From IMG/VR virus record IMGVR_UViG_3300005253_000164: a DNA stretch of 64,000 nucleotides; one strand, given 5' to 3'. The notes under the pieces are model-generated. The model worked only from the letters and a program-made list of their open reading frames with translations, was not told the DNA's origin and did no database searches. Below are positions 8,820 to 18,708 of this stretch, piece after piece (positions within the stretch are counted from its first letter, which is position 1; each line of letters begins with the position of its first letter). This DNA comes from an uncultured virus (IMG/VR IMGVR_UViG_3300005253_000164). Its lineage: Duplodnaviria; Heunggongvirae; Uroviricota; Caudoviricetes. A program made the translations under genes and the position numbers.

Positions 8820-9554
8820 TTAAACAAATGAAACTCTAAGATTTTCTACTTTTCCATGATATTCTTGACCCTTTTTAGGACCTTCATCATAATAATATTT
8901 TAGGTTATGATATTCTTTATTTTCAATTAATGGCTTTGCATTATCCAGGTTATGATAGTAACCATAAAGTCGGATTTTCTTTCCTGTAGAAGTCAATATT
9001 TGAATTGTTTGTAATTGTTCGAATGTGGGGTTTGTAATGAAGTAATCAACCAGTAAGGTGGCACCTTTAACTTTCTTCCTTGTTTTTCTAGCTTTTTCTA
9101 GTTTTTCAAACTTCTCAAGATTGTTTTTAAATTCCTCTTCTCTAGAGTAATTGTCCCAAGTTCTACCATCCAGTTTCATATAATCAAAATCAGATTCATC
9201 CAATTCTTCGATTACTCCTTTCATTTCATCAGCTATAATTAACATTGTCTCCAAATTTTTCTCATAAAATTTTAAGAAACTCTGGGAGGCTTTTGTATTG
9301 TTCTCAAGATATATTTTCAACTTATCCTTATCAGTATCCGTTACTTTAATATTCTTAATTCTAGCCAATTCTAGTTTAAATGCTTCTTTCAACTCATCAA
9401 TACTAAATATTTGAGTATGAAGTAATATCTCGCTTTTAGTTTTATAGAAAAATTTGAATAGATCAACAAATATCCTGTAATAACTTTTAACAATTGGATC
9501 TTCATAACCATGGTCTTTTACCTCTTTAATGATTCTCTCTACATTGCTATCCAT
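8820..9554 (-). CDS. Hypothetical protein
   Basis: 244-aa ORF with AGGAG RBS. Confidence 0.65.
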   Translation of the reverse strand: MDSNVERIIKEVKDHGYEDPIVKSYYRIFVDLFKFFYKTKSEILLHTQIFSIDELKEAFKLELARIKNIKVTDTDKDKLKIYLENNTKASQSFLKFYEKNLETMLIIADEMKGVIEELDESDFDYMKLDGRTWDNYSREEEFKNNLEKFEKLEKARKTRKKVKGATLLVDYFITNPTFEQLQTIQILTSTGKKIRLYGYYHNLDNAKPLIENKEYHNLKYYYDEGPKKGQEYHGKVENLRVSFV

Positions 9555-9555
9555 T

Positions 9556-9693
9556 TTATTTTTCGCTCCTTACGATTCTGTCACAAAAGAAACATGCTCT
9601 ATAACTAGACATTCCTCTGCGAACTTTCTTTCCTTTTATTTCAACAACTGTTGTAATAGGAGTCATTGGTTTCTTGCATTCTTTGCATATCAT
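9556..9693 (-). CDS. 45-aa Zn-ribbon protein (not in the ORF track)
   Basis: MICKECKKPM...RACFFCDRIVRSEK; ends immediately before the next gene's start. Confidence 0.6.
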   Translation of the reverse strand: MICKECKKPMTPITTVVEIKGKKVRRGMSSYRACFFCDRIVRSEK

Positions 9694-9768
9694 CAATTTT
9701 CATCTCTTTCAGATCAATAATAGATCTTATACTGATACTTAATTGATCTTATTTAAATGACACTATGT

Positions 9769-9812
9769 TTTTGTGAACAAATCTTTCACAAATAATGGGA
9801 AACATTAAATAT
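9769..9812 (+). promoter_or_regulatory. Class-2 promoter: TTTTGTGAACAAATCTTT...TGGGAAAC-TATA
   Basis: Near-identical copies at 22567, 38283 and 11377-11394 (minus strand). Confidence 0.75.
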
Positions 9813-9837
9813 CAATATAATCATACAAATATTATCT

Positions 9838-10554
9838 ATGGATAAACAAATAAAACTCACCATTATCCTATTTATCCTCTCACTACAATACATACCAGTG
9901 GGAATAGCTGAAAATACAGGCTTACTCCCAGAAAATTATATTGCAGAGTTTACAGGAGATGACAATATATTAAAAATAAAATCTTTGAAATACACAACAC
10001 CTAAAAATATTGAATATGTTAATCCATTATTTTTCATTTCAGTTGATGTTGTAGTTTTAGACATCGAGTTATATGAGGGTGAAGAAATGCCAACGCTCTC
10101 GAAAAATGTTATCCATAAGGTTATATTTACATTTAATTGGAATGATTTATACTATCATAACAACGAGAGCTTTGATTATTTTGTTATTGAACAAATTGTA
10201 TTAGAAGACAATTCAGCTTCATTTTTTTATCAAGACACAACAAATGATACCAAAATATCTGGTGAATATATAGCACACCTAAAAGAAATTGATAATCCCA
10301 GACACGTTCTTCCAACGTGGTTACAATGGATTTTGGCATTTATGTTGTTCTTTATTATGATTAATATGTTTACAAATTTTTCGAATCAATTGTTCAAACC
10401 AAAAACACAAATAAATATACCTGAAATAATAATGAAAAAAACAAAGAGCTATGATGATTTAGCCAATTGTTGCAAATTATCATATCGTTTAAAAGATGGG
10501 TATTGTGGTGTCTGTGGGTTAGTGGTTCCGCTTGAGGTAGAAAACTCATGGTAG
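9838..10554 (+). CDS. Type I membrane protein with cytoplasmic Zn-binding tail
   Basis: Signal peptide, TM segment, C-terminal CC...CGVCG. Confidence 0.7.
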   Translation: MDKQIKLTIILFILSLQYIPVGIAENTGLLPENYIAEFTGDDNILKIKSLKYTTPKNIEYVNPLFFISVDVVVLDIELYEGEEMPTLSKNVIHKVIFTFNWNDLYYHNNESFDYFVIEQIVLEDNSASFFYQDTTNDTKISGEYIAHLKEIDNPRHVLPTWLQWILAFMLFFIMINMFTNFSNQLFKPKTQINIPEIIMKKTKSYDDLANCCKLSYRLKDGYCGVCGLVVPLEVENSW

Positions 10555-10657
10555 TTTCTCTCTCAAATCTAAATAAATAAAATACAATTAGTTATAAACA
10601 GATCCAGTATTTAGATTATTATGAATATTATACGATTAATAAAGGGGGTGAGAAATT

Positions 10658-10759
10658 ATGAATGACATATGTGAAAGCCAAATAAGCAAAGACTGTACAG
10701 GAATGAATGATGATAGCATGAATGAAGATTGTACTAAATGCCAAGAAAAAAAGAAATAA
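10658..10759 (+). CDS. 33-aa 4-Cys peptide (not in the ORF track)
   Basis: MNDICESQISKDCTGMNDDSMNEDCTKCQEKKK after a strong GGGGGTGA RBS. Confidence 0.55.
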   Translation: MNDICESQISKDCTGMNDDSMNEDCTKCQEKKK

Positions 10760-10797
10760 CAAATGTAGGCCACATGCCTTGTTTGCCCCATTCTATA

Positions 10798-11106
10798 TTA
10801 CTCATCTTTATTTTCCTTCCTACAATTTTCTTTACAATATTCTCCACATTTTTTAGATCTAATTACAAAGTTATGACAGATACAAGTACATCCATCTTTT
10901 AATCTATTTCCCATAAATCGCCCAGACTCATCTTGTCCCTTAATATGGGGGTATTCAACCAGTGGAAGACATCTTCTACAAAATAATCGTGTTAGCTCGT
11001 ATTCGGTGTTGTGATATATTGGATGAAGATATACTGGAACGTGTCTTCGACATAATGTACATCTAATGGAATAGGTTATTAATTCTAATCTATATTGGCT
11101 CTCCAT
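10798..11106 (-). CDS. Cys-rich Zn-finger protein
   Basis: CTLC, CRRC, CTCICH, C..YC..NC. Confidence 0.6.
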   Translation of the reverse strand: MESQYRLELITYSIRCTLCRRHVPVYLHPIYHNTEYELTRLFCRRCLPLVEYPHIKGQDESGRFMGNRLKDGCTCICHNFVIRSKKCGEYCKENCRKENKDE

Positions 11107-11109
11107 TGT

Positions 11110-11328
11110 TCATACCTCAAAGACAAAAACACAATATGTACATGCTTTACAATCATGCAAAACAACTACATCTTTTAGAGGAGGATAGAGTTTTTGAGCT
11201 AATATCCACCCAGAATGTCTTTGTGAATAATACATGTTTATTTTCTTTAACTTTTCACACTGATGAGGTGGGAAAGGTGGTTTTTCTGGGTTTAAATCCT
11301 CATAAACTTCGTGTTCGTCTAAAACCAT
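11110..11328 (-). CDS. Small Zn-binding protein
   Basis: HQC...CKACTYC; the ATG at 11328 lies 66 nt from the class-2 motif. Confidence 0.55.
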   Translation of the reverse strand: MVLDEHEVYEDLNPEKPPFPPHQCEKLKKINMYYSQRHSGWILAQKLYPPLKDVVVLHDCKACTYCVFVFEV

Positions 11329-11350
11329 ATAGTTTTTTATGCACACTGAA

Positions 11351-11394
11351 TTATATAATAGTTCCCACTATATGAAAAAGATTTGTTAACAAAA
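11351..11394 (-). promoter_or_regulatory. Class-2 promoter with perfect palindrome TTTGTTAACAAA between divergent genes
   Basis: Palindrome at 11382-11393, followed on the minus strand by GTGGGAAC and ATTATATAA. Confidence 0.75.
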
Positions 11395-11444
11395 TAATAT
11401 ATTTTATGAACAATATTTAATAGTCTTGATTACCACTTTAATTT

Positions 11445-12395
11445 ATGACAATTACAAAAATAAGAAAGGGGACAAAGAAGTGGGGGTTAATACAATCTGC
11501 CAAACTTGTTACCGATCAATATGCAAAAGCAGGAATGAAATTAACTCTAAGACAGATTTATTATAGACTAGTGGCTGCAGAAGTTATTCCCAATGTTAAG
11601 GCTTCATACCAAAGTTTGGGGAAGGCTCTAACTGATGCCAGAAAGAATAGGATTATTGATCCAGAAGTATTTGAGGATAGGACCAGAACTTCAGAGATGG
11701 AAACTGATAATGTTTATGTTATGGAAAGCATGTGGAAGAGTTGGATTGAAGACTTGGAAAATAAAGTCAATGGTTATGAAATTGATAGGTGGGCTTGGCA
11801 GAGAAACAAGGTGTTTGTCGTGTTGGAAAAACAAGCATTACAATCTGTATTTGCAGCTATGTGTGATAAGCTTGGAGTGACTCTGATAGTAAATAGAGGT
11901 TATAATTCATATACCCAGATCTATGAGATTGCCAAACAAATCAAAGAAAAGGCTATGAAAGAAGTACCCAGAAATGCGAAGAATATGGTGTTCTTGACTT
12001 TTGGTGATCACGATCCATCTGGTAGGGACATAATGCGAAATTTTCAGCAACAACTTAATGATGAAGAAATTTATGGTCGTTTCAAACATTGTTCTCTTAC
12101 TCTTGAGCAAATAGAACAATACGATCTCCCACCTGCTTATGTAAAGAGGGAAGATGCGAGAGCTAAAAAATTCATTAGAGAATTTGGTGATGCCATGGTT
12201 GAATTAGATGCTCTTGAGCCAGCAGTATTACAACAACTTGTAAAAGACGAAGTTGACAAATTTTTTGATTTTGATGCTTATAATGATGATATTTTAACAC
12301 ATCAGAAAACACATCTAAAATATTTTAAATCCCAATTTTATGATTCTGGAATAAAAAACACTATTGATGAGGCAAAGAAGGAGGAAGAGGATTAG
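11445..12395 (+). CDS. Topo VI-A/Spo11-like Toprim-domain protein
   Basis: LTLRQIYYRL (WHD Tyr), VVLEK, NRGY, FGDHDPSG and ELDAL. Confidence 0.78.
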   Translation: MTITKIRKGTKKWGLIQSAKLVTDQYAKAGMKLTLRQIYYRLVAAEVIPNVKASYQSLGKALTDARKNRIIDPEVFEDRTRTSEMETDNVYVMESMWKSWIEDLENKVNGYEIDRWAWQRNKVFVVLEKQALQSVFAAMCDKLGVTLIVNRGYNSYTQIYEIAKQIKEKAMKEVPRNAKNMVFLTFGDHDPSGRDIMRNFQQQLNDEEIYGRFKHCSLTLEQIEQYDLPPAYVKREDARAKKFIREFGDAMVELDALEPAVLQQLVKDEVDKFFDFDAYNDDILTHQKTHLKYFKSQFYDSGIKNTIDEAKKEEED

Positions 12396-12396
12396 A

Positions 12397-12618
12397 ATGT
12401 TCCTAGATAAATCAAAATTGTTTTCTATACACAGTGTCATAGGTGCTTTCATTTCCAGTGGAATCGCAGTTATCATCTATAAAACTGAAAATCAAATTAG
12501 TGTGCTTGATTCGTTTATATTCTTGTTATTTGGTTTTGTGCCTTTTTATATTTTCCTTGTATTTCTTGACATGATGAATATGCTGGACACCGAAAAGGAG
12601 TTAGAGAACAATGAATAA
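12397..12618 (+). CDS. Small 2-TM membrane protein
   Basis: Two hydrophobic segments; GAGGA RBS before the ATG at 12397. Confidence 0.55.
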   Translation: MFLDKSKLFSIHSVIGAFISSGIAVIIYKTENQISVLDSFIFLLFGFVPFYIFLVFLDMMNMLDTEKELENNE

Positions 12619-12745
12619 GCGTTTAGCAATATTCAGATATAAATTCCCAAAAGAGGGTATTTGTTTCTTTTGTCAAAAAAAAGTAGACAGTAAAAATATG
12701 GCAAGGCAACATGGAAAAATAACTCATCAGAGGTGTCCGAATTGA
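12611..12745 (+). CDS. 44-aa Zn-finger peptide (not in the ORF track)
   Basis: CFFC...HQRC; overlaps both neighbours; AAGGAG RBS. Confidence 0.5.
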   Translation: MNKRLAIFRYKFPKEGICFFCQKKVDSKNMARQHGKITHQRCPN

Positions 12746-12918
12746 GTCGCATAGTAAGAATTATACACTATATTAGGTGTAAATTAAACATACCTTATAT
12801 TTACACTAGACACGTAAATCACTTGTTTCCAGTTACTACATATTATTGTGGTTCATGTGGATTACAAATAGGTGGGGATTTTCATATAGTCAAGAAGGAG
12901 GCATTAGAAAAGAATTGA
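12733..12918 (+). CDS. Small Zn-ribbon protein
   Basis: C...H...CGSCG; coupled to neighbours. Confidence 0.5.
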   Translation: MSELSRIVRIIHYIRCKLNIPYIYTRHVNHLFPVTTYYCGSCGLQIGGDFHIVKKEALEKN

Positions 12919-13340
12919 GTAAAGCAGGAACCAATTGGGTAAAATGTGAAGGAAATATTATATCATTGTTAATAGCAAATTATGTCATACAAAGAGAAGA
13001 AGATAAGCAAGAAATGACTAAACTAAAAATGGTAAATGGTAAAATAGGACACATAAATAGATCTGTTAGATGTAGATTAAGAGTAGAAGGAAGTTGGGGA
13101 TTTTTAGGGGGATTTATTCAACACTGTATTATGTTAAATAAACACATGAACATTTCATTTACAGAAGAACTTAATATTCAAAATTATTTTCTATGTACTA
13201 AATGTCCAAATTCAGAAAATCGTAATAAAATATTAGCTATACTAAAAGATAATAATAATTGTAATTGTGGCAACATTATTATTTCTGGAAAATACTGTTT
13301 ATCTTGCCAAAATTATCAAGAGGTGGAAGAAAAGAATTGA
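12846..13340 (+). CDS. Cys-rich hypothetical protein (true start probably downstream)
   Basis: CTKC, CNCG, CLSC. Confidence 0.5.
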   Translation: MWFMWITNRWGFSYSQEGGIRKELSKAGTNWVKCEGNIISLLIANYVIQREEDKQEMTKLKMVNGKIGHINRSVRCRLRVEGSWGFLGGFIQHCIMLNKHMNISFTEELNIQNYFLCTKCPNSENRNKILAILKDNNNCNCGNIIISGKYCLSCQNYQEVEEKN

Positions 13341-14749
13341 AAGAGACAAAATCCAAGATCAGAAGTACTCTCCTTGTTAATTATGAGAGAGCACTCAATG
13401 AACAATTGCGAAGGACAAATTCAAGACATAAAAAGAAATACCCTAGAAGAATATTAGAAGTATTCAAATCCATGATTACCTATCGTAATATAATAAGAGA
13501 TGCCAAAACTATGATTGTGGATAATAAAGGAATGGATTACATCGATAAAAAAATAACAGATGTGGTGGGATTGAATTTAGCAGAGGCTCCAAATGAGCAA
13601 TTGGTTCTCTGTGTTAATGAGGATAAACTCGAAGCACTTGATCAGTTTATGTTCCTGTATAGTTCTATTTTTATTGATCTGGTTCAAAGAGCTGAACCAA
13701 AGATGCCTATTGATTATATGATTTTATATCCCTCACAGGCATTTAAATTGTCCAAAGAAAAACTTGATATGAGAGGTTTGGCTAAAGTATCTAATTCTGT
13801 TAAGAAACAAATGGATAGTGAACTTTTTACACTTCAATCAGCATATGCGGTTCTTCCTCGAAGATTAAATCCAGATGAGGATTTTGTGAGAAAAGCAAAA
13901 ATACCACCAAATATGTTCACAAGAATGATTACTACCATGGGTTGGAGTGTTGCTGATTTAGAGGAGATGAATGTGGAAACCAGAGGAGTGTTTATGAATT
14001 TTCTCTCATTGGATCTGGTTGTTATTGAGTTCGGAAGAAAACCTACTGTTGAACGTATTGAGAAAATGGGGATCACTGGAATGGAAGAGTTTGATTCCAT
14101 AAATCATGAGTTTTTACGTATATATATTAGTATGTCAAGTGGGATAATATATATTCAAGGACTGGAAGATGTGGAGGTATTAGAGGGGCAAATGATGGGG
14201 GATGATATATTTCCACCCACTCATGCTTTCTTTAGTGAAATCCTGTGGTGTATTGAGTTTATCTATGAGATGAATAAAGCATTCCAGAACAAAGTCCCTG
14301 TTACCAGAGTATTGAGGCGAAAACATAGAAGAGGGAAGATTACCAGATATAATCAAAGCAATGTTACCAAAAAACATTTGAAAAACCAGAATCCCAAATA
14401 TGCTTATAAAAACCCTAAAACAAAACATAAGACACCTAGTGGTAAATGGAAATGGAACTATGCTTCAATGGTGAGTGAATATTTTAGACACTATTATTAT
14501 TGTGATGTAGAAGATTGTGGAAAAAGAATTTTTAAGTCTGGGTTGATTATTATATGTCCCAATTGCAAAGAACCATCTTGGTATATGAATGACAAATGTA
14601 CTGATTGTGAGAGTGTATTGCCGAAACTGATGTGTTTTAGTGGTGATGAACCACATGAGATGGTGATCAGAGTAGAAAAGACTAAAATCAAATCTCATAC
14701 TCGTAGACCAGATCTACCAGAGAGGGATACAATAATAGTAACGAAGTGA
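13337..14749 (+). CDS. Virus-type hypothetical protein with basic C-terminus and Zn ribbons
   Basis: Long ORF; TTG start overlapping the upstream stop after GAGGTGG; several CxxC pairs near the C-terminus. Confidence 0.7.
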   Translation: MKETKSKIRSTLLVNYERALNEQLRRTNSRHKKKYPRRILEVFKSMITYRNIIRDAKTMIVDNKGMDYIDKKITDVVGLNLAEAPNEQLVLCVNEDKLEALDQFMFLYSSIFIDLVQRAEPKMPIDYMILYPSQAFKLSKEKLDMRGLAKVSNSVKKQMDSELFTLQSAYAVLPRRLNPDEDFVRKAKIPPNMFTRMITTMGWSVADLEEMNVETRGVFMNFLSLDLVVIEFGRKPTVERIEKMGITGMEEFDSINHEFLRIYISMSSGIIYIQGLEDVEVLEGQMMGDDIFPPTHAFFSEILWCIEFIYEMNKAFQNKVPVTRVLRRKHRRGKITRYNQSNVTKKHLKNQNPKYAYKNPKTKHKTPSGKWKWNYASMVSEYFRHYYYCDVEDCGKRIFKSGLIIICPNCKEPSWYMNDKCTDCESVLPKLMCFSGDEPHEMVIRVEKTKIKSHTRRPDLPERDTIIVTK

Positions 14750-14753
14750 TATT

Positions 14754-15152
14754 ATGAATATTATAGAAAAAACAATGAATCGATTTAAACACAGAAATAC
14801 AACACAATATTATGAGGTTGATGGAGCTTTACCATTTAATCTTTTTATTCAAAAAAATTGGAGAAAAGGGGCTGATAGGTATTTATCTATTATCGTCATC
14901 CCACTTGTTTACAACAAACATAGTGGTGAAATGTGTATTGAGATAAAAACACCTTTTTGGAGGAGAACCAAAGGAATTAGTATACCTATTGAAATTAATA
15001 AACTCATCCAGAGGGATTTAGGAATACCTACAACCATTGCCAGAGGAGATGGTCGCTTATTTGCTGATCTTCATGGTATATCAATAATAGTTGAATCAAA
15101 TGAGTATGACTATATCAAAAAAATATATCAAAAAAGCAGAGACTGGAAGTGA
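14754..15152 (+). CDS. Hypothetical protein, tandem paralog A
   Basis: Shares DG.LPF.LFI, IPLVYN..SGEM, KTPFWR and SIIVESNEYD with the next gene. Confidence 0.75.
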   Translation: MNIIEKTMNRFKHRNTTQYYEVDGALPFNLFIQKNWRKGADRYLSIIVIPLVYNKHSGEMCIEIKTPFWRRTKGISIPIEINKLIQRDLGIPTTIARGDGRLFADLHGISIIVESNEYDYIKKIYQKSRDWK

Positions 15153-15156
15153 TATT

Positions 15157-15543
15157 ATGAGAACTAACGGATTAATTAAACAATTAAAGAACAAGAACAA
15201 ACAATATGGTGAAATTGATGGAACTTTACCATTCACTCTTTTCATTCTAAAATTCTGGCGGGATCACCCCTTTGAAAACTCTAAGAGACATTTAACAACT
15301 ACTATTATTCCTCTTGTTTATAATGCATATAGTGGTGAAATGTATATTAAAGTAAAAACGCCCTTTTGGAGAAAAAACAAAGGAGTTCCTGTGCCTTTTA
15401 AAATTCAGAAACTTATTCAGAAAAAGTTAGGGGGAATTCCTACAAAAATTATTCTGGAGAATACTTTATTAGCTGAGGGGACATCAATAATAGTTGAATC
15501 AAATGAGTATGACGATATTTTGGAACTACTGAAGGTGATCTAA
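15157..15543 (+). CDS. Hypothetical protein, tandem paralog B
   Basis: Same GAAGTGATATTATG start context as paralog A. Confidence 0.75.
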   Translation: MRTNGLIKQLKNKNKQYGEIDGTLPFTLFILKFWRDHPFENSKRHLTTTIIPLVYNAYSGEMYIKVKTPFWRKNKGVPVPFKIQKLIQKKLGGIPTKIILENTLLAEGTSIIVESNEYDDILELLKVI

Positions 15544-15545
15544 TC

Positions 15546-16196
15546 ATGAAATTACATGCAGAGAGAATTACTTACAGAAAAAAGAAGAAAAATTTATTTC
15601 GGATAAAATTTAATTCCCAAGGAAGAGTAATAACACGACCAAACACATACACATATTGTGGATTGACAGCTAAAAAAGAACTTCTAGATGAAAATAATAA
15701 AATATGTGAAAAATGTGCGCAGCTATATTGTTTTGAACATAGAGACGAAAAACAAGGAGTGTCGAATATGTATCCCTCGAATGAAAATGATTTGGAATAT
15801 GGGGCTTGTGGAACTTGTTTACATCAAAAATATTTCACACCAGAATTGTATTTGGAATTGCAGCTACTTAACATTAAATGGAAGTTAAGTTTTGGAGGGA
15901 CACTAACTGTTTTTTCAGATATTATACCTAAAAATGCATACTATTTGAGATTGGTGATGATCTTGCATACTCATCAGAGATTAACCAAGGATTTCTATAT
16001 TACTATGAAAAAACGTAAAATGCATACTGTAGTTCAGATGATGGATCCACATGCCATTGTTCATAATTGGCATCAGCACCAGAGAAGAATAATTCATAAT
16101 CCAAATAGCATGTTGAAAGGTTTCATTGTGATTCATGGATGTAGAACTTATTGCCAAAATAAAAATTATAGAAAACTTGAGGCTAAAAAGAAATGA
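15546..16196 (+). CDS. Cys/His-rich hypothetical protein
   Basis: CEKC, CGTC; GGTGA RBS. Confidence 0.6.
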   Translation: MKLHAERITYRKKKKNLFRIKFNSQGRVITRPNTYTYCGLTAKKELLDENNKICEKCAQLYCFEHRDEKQGVSNMYPSNENDLEYGACGTCLHQKYFTPELYLELQLLNIKWKLSFGGTLTVFSDIIPKNAYYLRLVMILHTHQRLTKDFYITMKKRKMHTVVQMMDPHAIVHNWHQHQRRIIHNPNSMLKGFIVIHGCRTYCQNKNYRKLEAKKK

Positions 16197-16519
16197 AGGA
16201 TATAAATAGATGGAAATTGATTTGGACAGTTTTAAGACCAAAGAATAGAGGACCTGCTAATATTTCCAATCATGAGAATTGGGGGCATACCCACATGAGA
16301 ATTAAACATTATTATTTGAGATATAAGTATATAATCAAAGCAATAATATCCATAGCTTTTGGAATGAAGAAAGATTATCTTTTTGGGGATTGGGAAATAA
16401 TATATTATGGAGGTGGTGGAACACCATGGATGTCTGGGGGATATGGATCTTATTGGATGCAAGTTGATGTTAGTACCACAGAATGGGGATATGCCCACTT
16501 TTCGAATAGCAGTGAATAA
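16193..16519 (+). CDS. Hypothetical protein
   Basis: ATGA-coupled ORF. Confidence 0.6.
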   Translation: MKDINRWKLIWTVLRPKNRGPANISNHENWGHTHMRIKHYYLRYKYIIKAIISIAFGMKKDYLFGDWEIIYYGGGGTPWMSGGYGSYWMQVDVSTTEWGYAHFSNSSE

Positions 16520-16541
16520 ATAGTTGACATATTTTTTAAAT

Positions 16542-16569
16542 CATAAACAATTCTAAGAAGTTATATATT
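16542..16569 (+). promoter_or_regulatory. 28-bp promoter identical to 36324-36351
   Basis: CATAAACAATTCTAAGAAGTTATATATT at both sites. Confidence 0.85.
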
Positions 16570-16589
16570 AAATATTTTAAATCAAACTT

Positions 16590-16694
16590 ATGGCAAAATC
16601 AAGAAATAGAAAGATAATTGAGATCATACTTTCAATTTTCGCAATTATATCAATTATATTTTCTTCCTTTCTTATTTATACTCTCTGGGAATGA
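16590..16694 (+). CDS. 34-aa single-TM peptide (not in the ORF track)
   Basis: MAKSRNRKIIEIILSIFAIISIIFSSFLIYTLWE downstream of the duplicated promoter. Confidence 0.55.
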   Translation: MAKSRNRKIIEIILSIFAIISIIFSSFLIYTLWE

Positions 16695-16759
16695 TTTTAC
16701 AGGACTTATCCTATTGGATGTGATAAATCTTTGGAAATTCTATTGAGTGTATAAATAAA

Positions 16760-17191
16760 GTGAAAACATTTATTTATCAAATAAAACAATTGTTGTTTAT
16801 GGGATTGAATTTTTATCCACATGTATTATTTTACATGTTAACTATGGTGGTAATTTTACTTTTATTAAAACCAATTATTACGATTCGACAGAAGAGTAAA
16901 TTGGTTACCAATTTTGTTATATTAAGTAAACAAGATGAGATTATAGAACAACAACCATATTTGTCAAAAATGGATACATATGGAAGACGATGGTTACAAT
17001 TAGAAAAAAATAAGTGGGTGGTAATGCCAGATAAACTTAAGATAAAATTTAAGTATGTTTTTCATCTATCAGTTGAAGGGATCGAAATATTGATAAAAAT
17101 GATAAAAGAAAGCGATTGGGTTGCTTTGAAAAAACAAATTGACAACCAAACACCTCATAGAAAGGTAAAGGATGAACACAAATTCAAGTAA
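16760..17191 (+). CDS. Membrane-anchored hypothetical protein
   Basis: N-terminal TM segment. Confidence 0.55.
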   Translation: MKTFIYQIKQLLFMGLNFYPHVLFYMLTMVVILLLLKPIITIRQKSKLVTNFVILSKQDEIIEQQPYLSKMDTYGRRWLQLEKNKWVVMPDKLKIKFKYVFHLSVEGIEILIKMIKESDWVALKKQIDNQTPHRKVKDEHKFK

Positions 17192-17234
17192 ATAAGATAC
17201 AACTAATTATAAAGTAGACTTGATATAAATTATT

Positions 17235-17663
17235 ATGAATAAAAAGATTGATTTTTTCTTCTATGGCAAGTATTTTATTCTTCTCTTTGCCTTACTTGGA
17301 ACCGCATTTTTAATTTTTTTCTGGACACCACCTTTACCACCAGTAGAACCAAAAGATCTAGTAGAATCATATATTGTTGATGGTAATGTTAGAATTCATT
17401 TCCTCTGGGAAAACGGTTATTCAAATTCATCATTAGCATTAATATTTTCAATTACTAATTTAACAATTGGTGAGTATTATTCGTTTAGTTTCGATTTGGT
17501 TAATAATTTAAATATTTCAAATATACATATTGTAATTGATACATTTTTTATAATTTATCGCTACAAAGATTTTGAAGAAAATAAATTTGTTTTTTTCATA
17601 CAAACAATTCAAAACAGAACTGCATTTTATTTTTATTTCCAAGAAATAATGATAGTTAAATAA
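17235..17663 (+). CDS. Secreted or membrane-anchored hypothetical protein
   Basis: N-terminal TM, Pro-rich linker, N-X-S/T sequons. Confidence 0.6.
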   Translation: MNKKIDFFFYGKYFILLFALLGTAFLIFFWTPPLPPVEPKDLVESYIVDGNVRIHFLWENGYSNSSLALIFSITNLTIGEYYSFSFDLVNNLNISNIHIVIDTFFIIYRYKDFEENKFVFFIQTIQNRTAFYFYFQEIMIVK

Positions 17664-17699
17664 ATAAGATGGATATGTTAATATTTTCTAATAAAATTC

Positions 17700-18152
17700 A
17701 TGGGCAAATATTCTGACTAACATTTCTTTCTGCATACTATTTAGTTTATTTGGAGAAGGGATGTTCTGCATATCACAAATGAAATTAATAGACCTGGTTT
17801 GTTTACCTCGAATCGAGTATAATTTACTATTGTAGATGACCATGTTAATGCATTAAATATAGCCTTATTCACATATGTATCATTATCATTTTCCAGTTAT
17901 ATCATCTCAGTACGTGCAAAGCTCGTCAGCAACATTCACTTCCAAATGAAAATTAAAACCTTTTCTGTAACCCTGTCAACTCAAGAACAAAACTAATAAC
18001 ATATACTTCCTACATTTATGAGAAAATCGAGATCAATCCAGCAACGGAAAAGTAAATCTTTAAACAAGATAATCAAGAGAACCAGTGTTTCTACAATAGG
18101 GTTATTGTTAATAGGAATAACTGCAATACGATTAAAAAATTATAAAAAATAG
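17700..18152 (+). pseudogene. Possible decayed anchored-surface-protein gene
   Basis: About 450 nt without a long ORF behind a promoter-like motif; ends in TIGLLLIGITAIRLKNYKK* (frame 18018..18152). Confidence 0.35.
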
Positions 18153-18162
18153 TAAATTAATT

Positions 18163-18615
18163 TTAAAGTAGAAACCATTTTTCATTGAAATCCATTTCTT
18201 TGTTTTTCTTGGGAGGAAATTGTGAGTGTTTCTTTATAGAAAGGATTATTGGTTTATCTTTAGAAATTTTCTTCATATGATTATAAGCTAGGCTATGAGC
18301 CTTATTTTCGTGGCTTGGTATCCAAATTAAATTAAATTCATATTTCTTAATTTCTGATATTAGTTTATTTAATTCGGCTTTTTTTGGAGAAGAGAGTCCC
18401 TTTACAAATTTGGTGACAATCAACGCATCTGTAAAAATAGTTGTTATATTATCAAAGTTCTGTAAAACGTGTAAAATGGCCATGCCTTCAGCATAGGTAA
18501 CATCCATATTCGGTTTTAGTTCTATTTCCTTAGCATCCATGTAATAATCATTGTAATAAGAAATGGTTGTTATGTTCTTCTCTATGTTATAAGATGCATC
18601 AGTATAGAACTTCAT
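18163..18615 (-). CDS. Ribonuclease H (type I-like)
   Basis: YTDAS, AEGMA, FTDA and WIPSHENKAHSLA. Confidence 0.8.
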   Translation of the reverse strand: MKFYTDASYNIEKNITTISYYNDYYMDAKEIELKPNMDVTYAEGMAILHVLQNFDNITTIFTDALIVTKFVKGLSSPKKAELNKLISEIKKYEFNLIWIPSHENKAHSLAYNHMKKISKDKPIILSIKKHSQFPPKKNKEMDFNEKWFLL

Positions 18616-18708
18616 AATTTATAGAATCAGTAAAAGTATTTAAAATCTATTTTCTTTATTAGATAAATAAGATGGATATATTAATATCATAGTTAATCCC
18701 TTTATGAA

